Positions 56,858-64,000 of a stretch of 64,000 bases of DNA are shown piece by piece (within the stretch, counting starts at the first letter, position 1; every line of letters starts with the position of its first letter). A program made the translations under genes and the position numbers. Source of the DNA: a bacterium (lineage in GTDB: Bacteria; Patescibacteriota; Patescibacteriia; 2-01-FULL-39-33). Location of the stretch: NCBI GenBank assembly GCA_037130015.1, contig JBAXTU010000001.1, positions 5,153 to 69,152 of the forward strand. The letters run 5' to 3'. The notes beneath the pieces are model-generated. The model did not search any database and was not told the origin of the DNA. It was given only the letters and a program-made list of their open reading frames with translations.

Positions 56858-56875
56858 TATATAATAATTAATTAT

Positions 56876-57271
56876 TTGAATAATTCTATGCCTAAAGCGG
56901 TAAAAGCAAACACTATACTCATCGTGGAGGACGATGTCTTTTTGGCTGATTTATATCGGACCAAATTTGAATTGGAGGGATTCAAAGTCTATGTAGCCTA
57001 TGACGGAGAAAAAGGCTGGGAAAGCGTCAAAAAAAATCTGCCACAGGTGGCGTTATTGGATTTGGTTTTGCCGAAAATGAACGGTTTTCAGGTATTAGAA
57101 AATATGAAAGCTGAGGCCTCAACCAAAAATATTCCAGTTATTATTTTGACCAACTTAAGTCAGAAAGCTGATATAGAAAAAGGACTAAAAATGGGCGCCA
57201 ATGATTATCTAATTAAAGCGCATTTTATGCCGTCGGAAGTGGTTGCTAAAATTCAGAAATTAATTAAATAG
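56876..57271 (+). CDS. single-domain response regulator (CheY/PilH-like receiver)
   Basis: ILIVEDD, phospho-acceptor context LLDLVLPKMNG, and ILTNLSQKAD. 131 aa with no output domain. Confidence 0.8.
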   Translation: MNNSMPKAVKANTILIVEDDVFLADLYRTKFELEGFKVYVAYDGEKGWESVKKNLPQVALLDLVLPKMNGFQVLENMKAEASTKNIPVIILTNLSQKADIEKGLKMGANDYLIKAHFMPSEVVAKIQKLIK

Positions 57272-57274
57272 TTT

Positions 57275-58354
57275 ATGGAAACATCTAGATTTTTATTGGT
57301 TAAAACTATTCTGGCTGAAGCGGTCAAGCGGGGAGCGCAGGATTTGCATTTTTCGGTTGGTGGTAATCCCTGTTTGCGTATCAATGGAGAATTACTTTCT
57401 ATGGAAGATAAGGAGATAATTACGCAGGATTTCATGGAAAAATTTATCAATCTAATTTTGACCGAAGATCAAAAAGCCAAATTAAATTCCGATAGGGAAA
57501 TTATTATTACTTATGATTTTGAAAATAATCTTCGTTTTAAAATAAATATTTTTTATCAAAAGAATTTTCTATCTGCCACTTTGCGTTATATTCCGACAGA
57601 TATTCCCACAGTCGCTTCGCTGGGACTTAATCCTGTAATCAAAGATTTTATCAAATTCAAAAAAGGCTTGGTAATTGTGGCTGGGCCATTTGGTTCTGGA
57701 CGCTCCACCACTGTGGCTGCCTTGCTTGATGCTATTAATCAAGAAAGAAAAGAATATATTATCACCATTGAAAATCCGATTGAATATGTTTTTACCAACA
57801 ATCAAAGTGTAATTGAACAAAGGGAAATAGGCCGTGATACCAAATCATTTGCCGATGCCTTGGCTTATTTTCAGGAAGAAGACGGTGATATTTTGTTTGT
57901 GGAAGAATTAGAAGACCCTCAGATTATTCCTGCGGTTTTGGAAATAGCTCGTGGCAGTTCATTGGTTTTTACGGCTCTTACGGCCTCATCTGTTTCTAAT
58001 GCTGTTAGTCGTATTTTGGATAGTTTTACTAGTTTTGACCAAGAAAGAGTGCGTGATCAATTATCCACAGCGCTTAAAGGGATTGTTTGTCAAAAAATCT
58101 TGCCAAAAATCGGTGGAGGAGTGATAGTTGTTAATGAAATTATGATAGCCAATGAAGCCATTGTTTCAATAATTGCCAATGGTAATGTGTCGCAAATAGA
58201 CAATATTATCCAAACTTCACGTAGAGATGGTATGATTTCTTTTGACCAGGCTTTGGCTGAATTGGTGCATCAGCATAAGATTTCCAATGAAGACGCTATG
58301 GACAATGCCATCAACAAAAAAACTTTGGAAAAAATGATTTCTTCAAAAGAATAA
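57275..58354 (+). CDS. PilT-like retraction-ATPase paralogue with degenerate catalytic motifs
   Basis: Collinear with the PilT consensus, but Walker A is GPFGSGRSTT (Arg CGC replaces the P-loop Lys), Asp box is ENPIE, Walker B region is DILFVEELED, and the His box reads RGSSLVFTALTA with both His lost. The C-terminal IGGG..NEIMI region is conserved. Confidence 0.7.
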   Translation: METSRFLLVKTILAEAVKRGAQDLHFSVGGNPCLRINGELLSMEDKEIITQDFMEKFINLILTEDQKAKLNSDREIIITYDFENNLRFKINIFYQKNFLSATLRYIPTDIPTVASLGLNPVIKDFIKFKKGLVIVAGPFGSGRSTTVAALLDAINQERKEYIITIENPIEYVFTNNQSVIEQREIGRDTKSFADALAYFQEEDGDILFVEELEDPQIIPAVLEIARGSSLVFTALTASSVSNAVSRILDSFTSFDQERVRDQLSTALKGIVCQKILPKIGGGVIVVNEIMIANEAIVSIIANGNVSQIDNIIQTSRRDGMISFDQALAELVHQHKISNEDAMDNAINKKTLEKMISSKE

Positions 58355-58363
58355 TTAATAAAT

Positions 58364-59572
58364 ATGTCAGTTTATTCTTATAAAGCTAAAAATAAAAGAG
58401 GCCAATTAATTGAAGGTATAGTTGATGCCTCTAGTGAAGATGCTGTTTCCAATATGCTTCATGAGAAGGAATTGGCTATTATTAATATTGGCAAAAGGGA
58501 ACAGGCTAATGCCGAGGAATACAAATTTAATTTTTTGCGTCGGGTAAAAAACAAGGAATTAGTGGTTTTTTTTAGACAAATGGCTGTCATGATTAATGCT
58601 AATTTACCGATTGTCAAAATTTTGCGTATTTTGGTGCGTCAAACATCTGATAAAAATTTAAAAAGCATAATTGCTCATGTGGCCGATGAAGTTGATGGCG
58701 GTGCCAAATTATCAGAGGCCATGGGTGAATTTCATGACACTTTTTCTGATTTTTATGTAAATATGATCCGTTCTGGTGAGACATCAGGACGACTTAGTGA
58801 AGTCATGGATTATTTGGCCAGTCAGCAAGAGAGTGATTACGAACTTCAATCCAAAGTTCGTGGCGCCATGATTTATCCGATTTTTATTTTAGCTGGTTTG
58901 GCACTGGTAGGCGGAATTGTGATGGTTTTTGTCATTCCTCAAATCACCAGTGTGCTCAAAGAGTCTGGCGTGGTTTTGCCTTGGTCAACTCAGGCGCTTA
59001 TCTGGACGGCTGAATTTTTGAAAAATTTTTGGTGGGCTATAATTTTATCGTTGGCTTTATTATCGGTTATAATTAATTTTTATGTGCATACACCTTCTGG
59101 TCGTTATGCGTTTGATGTGTTCAAGCTAAAAATTCCGATTTTTGGCAAGATTTTTAAAAATATTTATATTGTAAGACTTATGCGGAGTTTTTCTACTTTG
59201 CTTAAGGGTGGTGTGCCAGTAAGTCGGGCCCTAGAAGTGGTACGTGATGTTGTTGGTAGTCGGGTGTATGAAGATATTTTGACCAGAACAATTGCCAATG
59301 TGGACGAAGGCAATCCCATTGCCGAAAGTTTGTCTGATAGTAAACATATTCCAGTGCTGGTGTCGCAAATGATCAGTGTGGGTGAGGAAAGTGGCAAATT
59401 GGAAGAGGTAGTAGAAAAAATTACGGATTTTTATGATCGGGAGATTGATAATAGTGTACGAAATTTGTCAGTGCTTATTGAGCCCATAGTCATGATTTTC
59501 TTGGGTTTGGCGGTTGGTTTTTTTGTGGCGGCCGTGATTTTGCCCATGTGGCAATTATCAGCTGCTATGTAA
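58364..59572 (+). CDS. pilC: type IV pilus inner-membrane platform protein PilC/GspF family
   Basis: Two GspF repeats, three TM helices, 402 aa. Lies between the PilT-like gene and the pilin. Confidence 0.8.
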   Translation: MSVYSYKAKNKRGQLIEGIVDASSEDAVSNMLHEKELAIINIGKREQANAEEYKFNFLRRVKNKELVVFFRQMAVMINANLPIVKILRILVRQTSDKNLKSIIAHVADEVDGGAKLSEAMGEFHDTFSDFYVNMIRSGETSGRLSEVMDYLASQQESDYELQSKVRGAMIYPIFILAGLALVGGIVMVFVIPQITSVLKESGVVLPWSTQALIWTAEFLKNFWWAIILSLALLSVIINFYVHTPSGRYAFDVFKLKIPIFGKIFKNIYIVRLMRSFSTLLKGGVPVSRALEVVRDVVGSRVYEDILTRTIANVDEGNPIAESLSDSKHIPVLVSQMISVGEESGKLEEVVEKITDFYDREIDNSVRNLSVLIEPIVMIFLGLAVGFFVAAVILPMWQLSAAM

Positions 59573-59591
59573 GTTTTCCACTGTTGCGTTT

Positions 59592-59610
59592 TTGAATTTT
59601 TTGCTATAAT
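59592..59610 (+). promoter_or_regulatory. extended -10 promoter element TGcTATAAT upstream of major pilin
   Basis: TTGAAT at 59592-59597. TGCTATAAT at 59602-59610. The -35 spacing is non-canonical. Confidence 0.35.
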
Positions 59611-59769
59611 TAAACCAAGTAAATAAAAAAGGTCGATAAATTTATTTGCCAAAATAGAAATATTTTGTCTACTCGAGTAAACAAAAAACAAAAAAAACAA
59701 AGCCAGGCCCCCGATCAGGACTTGGCAGACAAAATTTAAATTTTAATTAACAAATAATCTTCAATAATT

Positions 59770-60159
59770 ATGAAAAAACAGCAAGGTTTTACCTTAATTG
59801 AACTTTTGATCGTTATTGCTATCATTGGTTTATTGTCTTCTTTGGCTGTGGTCTCTTTGTCCGGCGCCAGAAACAAAGCCTATGATGCTCAAATCAAAAG
59901 CGATCTCGCTCAAGTCAGAACCAGTTTGGAAATGTCAGCTTCTGATAATGGCGGTAGTTATGCTGCATGGACTATGCCAGCCAATATTAACGCCCCGGCT
60001 TGTTCTGGTACTAAATATGTGGCTAGTACTACTGCTATTGGATTTAGAGTTTATGGTCAGTTGTGTGCTAATACGGCTCAATATTTTTGTATTGATGGCA
60101 ATGGCAATGTCACTACCACGTCAGCTGTTCCGACTGCTGGTGCAGAAACTTGTTTATAA
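59770..60159 (+). CDS. type IV major pilin (class III signal peptide)
   Basis: MKKQQG/FTLIELLIVIAIIGLL prepilin leader with E at +5. C-terminal Cys pairs. 129 aa. Confidence 0.85.
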   Translation: MKKQQGFTLIELLIVIAIIGLLSSLAVVSLSGARNKAYDAQIKSDLAQVRTSLEMSASDNGGSYAAWTMPANINAPACSGTKYVASTTAIGFRVYGQLCANTAQYFCIDGNGNVTTTSAVPTAGAETCL

Positions 60160-60173
60160 ATTTAAGTTGTTTC

Positions 60174-60210
60174 AAAATCCCCTCGGCCTTGGTTGAGGGG
60201 ATTTTTGTTT
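60174..60210 (+). terminator. rho-independent terminator after pilin gene
   Basis: Stem AAAATCCCCTC/GAGGGGATTTT with loop GGCCTTGGTT, followed by TTGTTT. Confidence 0.7.
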
Positions 60211-60232
60211 ATAAGTATTTTTGTGCTATAAT
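60205..60232 (+). promoter_or_regulatory. promoter: TTGTTT, 16-nt spacer, TGcTATAAT
   Basis: -35-like element at 60205-60210. Extended -10 at 60224-60232. Upstream of the 60259 ORF and the pilD operon. Confidence 0.4.
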
Positions 60233-60258
60233 ATAGTCATAAAAATAATAATTTTTGT

Positions 60259-60672
60259 TTGTTTATGACCATGAGGACGCGTTTCAAAATCAGCGTTTAT
60301 TTTCTATTGTTTGTCATGGCTAGCACCGGATTGGGTTTTTTGATGTGGTATAATAGTGTACAAATTCGTGATTATAAGCGCTTGTCTGACATGACTGATA
60401 TTCAATCTCGTCTAAATATTTATTTTTTGCACTACAGCAGTTATCAGGTTGATGGCTGTTCCAGTGGTTTGATAGTCAGTGATTGCAAAGGCAGTGCTGA
60501 CAGGCCTTCATTTTTAGGCGGAATTACTGATCAACTTGGTGGTAATTACGCTTATGTTTTTTCGGCTTTGAGTCAAAATGACTATAAAGTAAGTTTTGTT
60601 TTAGAAACCAAAGTTGGTGGTTTTGCGCCTGGCCGTTATTTTTTGACTCCCAGTGGAATTAGTGATAAATAA
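60259..60672 (+). CDS. hypothetical membrane-anchored protein
   Basis: N-terminal TM (ISVYFLLFVMASTGLGFLMW). 137 aa. No prepilin cleavage motif. Confidence 0.45.
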   Translation: MFMTMRTRFKISVYFLLFVMASTGLGFLMWYNSVQIRDYKRLSDMTDIQSRLNIYFLHYSSYQVDGCSSGLIVSDCKGSADRPSFLGGITDQLGGNYAYVFSALSQNDYKVSFVLETKVGGFAPGRYFLTPSGISDK

Positions 60673-61455
60673 ATGCTGTTTTATTTTTTTATTTTTATTT
60701 TCGGGCTGATTATTGGCAGTTTTTTGAATGTGGTGATTTTGAGATTAAATAACGGCGAGAAAATTTCCGGGTCTCGTTCGCATTGCCCGCATTGTCAAAA
60801 AGTTTTGAGTCCGCATGAATTGTGGCCGGTTATTAGTTTTATTTTACAAAAAGGCAAGTGTAAAAATTGTAAAGCAAAAATTTCCTGGCAATATCCGTTG
60901 GTTGAACTTTCTACTGCTTTATTGTTTATTTTGGTGTCATACGTGTATTGGGGCAATATTGGCATTGATTTTTTGAGTGATTCTTGGCAGTCATATTTGC
61001 CATGGCTGAGAAATTTATTTTTTGTGTGTGTGCTGGTAGTTATTTTTGTTTATGATTTGCGATGGCAATTAATTTTGGATAAAGTGACTTTGCCGGCCAT
61101 GGCTATAGCTTTGATTGTTAATTTGTGGCTTGGTTATGGCTTTAAAAATTTATTGCTGGGTATGTTGGTGGCCGGAGGATTTTTTTTGGCACAATTTTTA
61201 ATTTCTGGCGGTCGCTGGATTGGCGGGGGAGATATTCGCATGGGAGCACTCATAGGTCTGATGCTTGGTTGGCCAAACACATTAGTGGCCTTGTTTCTGT
61301 CGTATGTTATTGGCGCGTTTTTTGGCGTATGTCTGATGATTTTGGCTCACAAAGATGGCCAGACCAAAGTGGCTTTTGGATCGTTTCTGGCTGTTGGCAC
61401 GATTATTGCTCTTTTGTGGGGCACACAAATTATGAACAAATTTTGGGCGATATAA
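60673..61455 (+). CDS. pilD: prepilin peptidase (A24 family, PilD)
   Basis: N-terminal Zn-binding CPHC...CKNC. Polytopic. Catalytic-region motif GGGDIRMGALIG. Confidence 0.8.
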   Translation: MLFYFFIFIFGLIIGSFLNVVILRLNNGEKISGSRSHCPHCQKVLSPHELWPVISFILQKGKCKNCKAKISWQYPLVELSTALLFILVSYVYWGNIGIDFLSDSWQSYLPWLRNLFFVCVLVVIFVYDLRWQLILDKVTLPAMAIALIVNLWLGYGFKNLLLGMLVAGGFFLAQFLISGGRWIGGGDIRMGALIGLMLGWPNTLVALFLSYVIGAFFGVCLMILAHKDGQTKVAFGSFLAVGTIIALLWGTQIMNKFWAI

Positions 61456-61459
61456 TTTT

Positions 61460-61984
61460 ATGAAAAAAATAAAAAATAATTTTGGTTTTACTTTGGCGGA
61501 AATGATGGTGGTAATAGCTATTACCGGTATTTTATCCAGTATGGCGTTGATAAATTTTCGCACCAACGAAAAACAACGTCAGTTGCGAGATTCAGCACTG
61601 CTAGTCACCGACGGTTTTAAACGTTTGCAAAGTATGGCTTTGTCCGGTGATATGGTGGGTGGTGCTATGCCTATTAGTTATAATTTTTATCTTAACCCTG
61701 CTGATTGCAGTCAATACATTTTACGCGCCAAGCTTGATGAAGCAAATTATATTGCAATCGGTCAAACTGTAAAATTAATAAATTCCAATATTAAAGATTG
61801 TTCTAATATTGGAGAAGTAGAAATTTATCCTCCACGAGCCAATATGGAATTTTTAAATTTTCCATCGTATGATGAAATTTCTTTAGTTGTTGAATATAAT
61901 GGTGATGGCTCATCTGCTCGTACGGTTAAGATAAACAAAGTTTCTGGTAGAGTTGATTTGGGCGCGCAAATGGCTAATCCTTAA
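61460..61984 (+). CDS. minor pilin / pseudopilin
   Basis: Leader MKKIKNNFG/FTLAEMMVVIAITGIL. Confidence 0.7.
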   Translation: MKKIKNNFGFTLAEMMVVIAITGILSSMALINFRTNEKQRQLRDSALLVTDGFKRLQSMALSGDMVGGAMPISYNFYLNPADCSQYILRAKLDEANYIAIGQTVKLINSNIKDCSNIGEVEIYPPRANMEFLNFPSYDEISLVVEYNGDGSSARTVKINKVSGRVDLGAQMANP

Positions 61985-61989
61985 AAAAT

Positions 61990-62685
61990 ATGAGATCCCT
62001 GGTCGAGCCAGGGATGACAAAAAACATGAAAAATATTTTAAAAGACAATTCAGGTCAAACATTAATAGAGCTACTCACGGCTATTGGTATTATTAGTATT
62101 GGTCTTTTTAGTGTTTGGAATTTATTTTTGTCCAATTTTTCTGGTGAGCAATCGGCTCGTGATCGTGTGGTTGGTTCAAATTTGGCGCGCGAAGGCATGG
62201 AAGTGGTCAGAAATATACGAGACACTAATTGGCTAAAAGTGGATGTTAATGATAGCGCTTGCGGTCTTGCCAGTGATGAATTGTGTCAGTGGGATGATGG
62301 TTTGACTGGTGGAAATACAGCTGTGATTGGTAATATTGTAGTTAAGAGTGATTTAAATTTGATTTATAAAAACGGCGAAGCTTTGATAGCTTCCATTGAC
62401 GATCCTATGGCCAAGATTTATTTGAATGCTGATGGTTTTTTTAATAATGATGCTACCGGTTCAAGCACACCTTTTAGTAGAATAATAAAATTACAAAATA
62501 TTTGTTGTCTTGATGCGACCGCTGATTTAAAATGTGATAATACTAATTTTGTCACTTCAACTGTTAGTGGCTGTCCAGTAGATTGGCTGAAAATCGGTAT
62601 GGATGTGGAATGCATAGTCGCTTGGAATATTTCGGGACGAACAGAAAGTATCAAAGCTCAAGATCAACTTTTTAATTGGCGTTAA
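61990..62685 (+). CDS. minor pilin (PilV-like)
   Basis: ...NSGQTLIELLTAIGIISIGLF prepilin-like N-terminus. The true start is probably the internal ATG at 62027. Confidence 0.6.
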   Translation: MRSLVEPGMTKNMKNILKDNSGQTLIELLTAIGIISIGLFSVWNLFLSNFSGEQSARDRVVGSNLAREGMEVVRNIRDTNWLKVDVNDSACGLASDELCQWDDGLTGGNTAVIGNIVVKSDLNLIYKNGEALIASIDDPMAKIYLNADGFFNNDATGSSTPFSRIIKLQNICCLDATADLKCDNTNFVTSTVSGCPVDWLKIGMDVECIVAWNISGRTESIKAQDQLFNWR

Positions 62686-62688
62686 TTT

Positions 62689-63294
62689 ATGTTAAAAATA
62701 TTTAAAAAAGCCTGCCTGACTGGTAGGCAGGTAAAAAAACAAAACGGCTTTACTTTGGCGGAGATGATGGTGACAATGAGTGTTTTTGCCATCACTTCCG
62801 TGATGTTATCCGGCATTTTTGTTAATATTAGCCATATACAAAAAAATACGGAAAATTTTCAACGTTTACAAAACGATGGCCGTTATATGATTGAAAAATT
62901 GGCGCGTGAAATTCGCGGACGTGAATTGCGTTATCCCGCTAATATGACGAATTATTTATTTTTTGAAAAAGATGAAAACGGACAAATAGTTTTGGTTTGT
63001 TTTGATTCTACTAATAAGCTTTTGAAATATTATGTCACTGGTCAGGATAATGAGGCCACAGTTGAAAATTGCAAAAGTTATGGTGCTGATCTTAATGCTG
63101 GTGATGTTGAAATTGATGATGTTAAATTTTTAGTTTATCCGCAAATCGCTGACAAGTGGGGTACAGCGCCGACAGTTAATGCCCAACCGCGTGTCACCGT
63201 GATGCTTAATTTAAAAAACAAAACAGACAACCCTGTTTTTCAAAGGCAATTATCCATTCAAACGACAATTTCAGGTAAGGTTTATAAGCGTTAA
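62689..63294 (+). CDS. minor pilin (PilW-like)
   Basis: ...KQNG/FTLAEMMVTMSVFAITSVML. Long 20-aa leader. Confidence 0.65.
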   Translation: MLKIFKKACLTGRQVKKQNGFTLAEMMVTMSVFAITSVMLSGIFVNISHIQKNTENFQRLQNDGRYMIEKLAREIRGRELRYPANMTNYLFFEKDENGQIVLVCFDSTNKLLKYYVTGQDNEATVENCKSYGADLNAGDVEIDDVKFLVYPQIADKWGTAPTVNAQPRVTVMLNLKNKTDNPVFQRQLSIQTTISGKVYKR

Positions 63295-63300
63295 AAAGCC

Positions 63301-64000
63301 ATGATTAAAAAAATAAAACAATTTAAAAAAAATCAGGACGGTGTGGTGCTTATAATCACCATGGTAATGATGGCAGTACTACTAGCTACGGCTATTAGTT
63401 TTGCTGTTTTTATTATTTCCGATATTAGGCAGGCGCGAAGTGTGGACAATGCTGTGGTCGCTTATTATGCAGCTGATGCCGGTTTGGAACGCAGTTTGTA
63501 TTTGCTTAGAAAAAAAGAAGTCGGCATTGATGATCTTAAAAATTTATCAGGTTCAACTTTTTCAGCTGGCAGTACATGGACTTTGGCGTCTTCTACGAGT
63601 TATGAGCCGACTTTTTTTCGTCAGCGGTTGCAAAATGGCCAAAGCGTAAAATTATTTTTTTCTGATCGTGAGACCAGTAAAGCTAAAAGCTTGCAACTCA
63701 GCTGGTCGACTCCGAATCTTTCCAATGCCAGGTTACAAGTGTCTTTTACTCAGCTTACACCAAGTGAAAATAATGGTGTTTATGTTTATTATAATGATAT
63801 AAATAATATTTTGCTTTCAGACACTTCTCATGATGGTCCGATTTGTTATAATTTTAAAAATAGTGACAGTCAAAATGTTCCTTGGCAAAAAAAGGTTGAT
63901 TATTTAGTGGAAATTAAAGTTATTGGCAGTGGCAATGGAGATGAAGTTGATAATTTAATAGTCAAAGCCTATAACAAGGATTGCCACGCTTCAGATTATG
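63301..64000 (+). CDS. PilX-like minor pilin (3' partial, runs off window)
   Basis: Frame-1 ORF from ATG 63301 is open to the window end. N-terminus MIKKIKQFKKNQDGVVLIITMVMMAVLLATAISFAVFII is PilX-like. The ORF track lists only a spurious alternate-frame ORF here. Confidence 0.6.
   Translation, partial: MIKKIKQFKKNQDGVVLIITMVMMAVLLATAISFAVFIISDIRQARSVDNAVVAYYAADAGLERSLYLLRKKEVGIDDLKNLSGSTFSAGSTWTLASSTSYEPTFFRQRLQNGQSVKLFFSDRETSKAKSLQLSWSTPNLSNARLQVSFTQLTPSENNGVYVYYNDINNILLSDTSHDGPICYNFKNSDSQNVPWQKKVDYLVEIKVIGSGNGDEVDNLIVKAYNKDCHASDY

Noticed and set aside
59816-60196. 126-aa alternate-frame ORF overlapping the major pilin gene
   Set aside because: The pilin frame has an unmistakable prepilin signature. 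The overlapping frame yields low-complexity Leu-rich sequence.
63401-63649. 82-aa ORF from the six-frame track
   Set aside because: It lies in an alternate frame inside the longer frame-1 ORF (63301 to window end). That ORF has a PilX-like pilin N-terminus and is the better call.

Overview
This is an AT-rich (about 35% GC), densely coding window read in the standard genetic code. Gene content points to a reduced-genome monoderm bacterium, possibly a CPR/Patescibacteria-type episymbiont: a FemAB-family gene is present, the type IV pilus locus has no secretin, and there are many Cys-rich surface proteins including one giant gene.

Part 1, in order along the window:
- 1-3820: partial FemAB-family gene, an MFS transporter, a DUF1624-like membrane protein, and RsmA/KsgA.
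- 3932-14211: a TSP3-repeat membrane protein followed by a 3103-aa Cys-rich secreted giant protein with three CBM4_9-like (NGDFE...W) modules.
- 14277-24136: a type-IV-secretion-like block with a VirB6/TrbL-like polytopic protein, two paralogous hypotheticals, a PrgI/VirB3-like small membrane protein, and a VirB4 ATPase split into two ORFs. A bitopic protein and ComFC follow, translationally coupled to the block.
- 24179-25027: two tRNA-Ser and one tRNA-Arg.
- 25073-29256: RecG, a DksA/TraR zinc-finger protein, a small protein in a well-defined promoter/terminator unit, and RadA on the minus strand.
- 29259-38668 (minus strand): two proteins carrying three near-identical two-helix hairpin modules with VirB2/TrbC-like topology. 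One of them is fused to an SLT lytic transglycosylase domain. Downstream come a TolB-like β-propeller, an acidic disordered membrane protein, ClpC-like, HtpX and LemA.
- 38868-50950: five tandem secreted surface-protein genes with tail-fibre-like GIGTTTP repeats. Three share a Cys-containing C-terminal module that looks like a C-type-lectin domain. Genes 2, 3 and 4 share nucleotide-identical cassettes.
- 51012-64000: a complete monoderm-type type IV pilus locus. It contains pilM, a pilN with a giant repetitive linker, pilO-like, pilB, a CheY-like receiver, a PilT-like gene with degenerate catalytic motifs, pilC, major pilin, prepilin peptidase and four minor pilins.

Part 2: the most notable items are the mosaic lectin/tail-fibre adhesin family, the catalytically degenerate PilT paralogue, and the T4SS-like module linked to competence and recombination genes with the giant protein.
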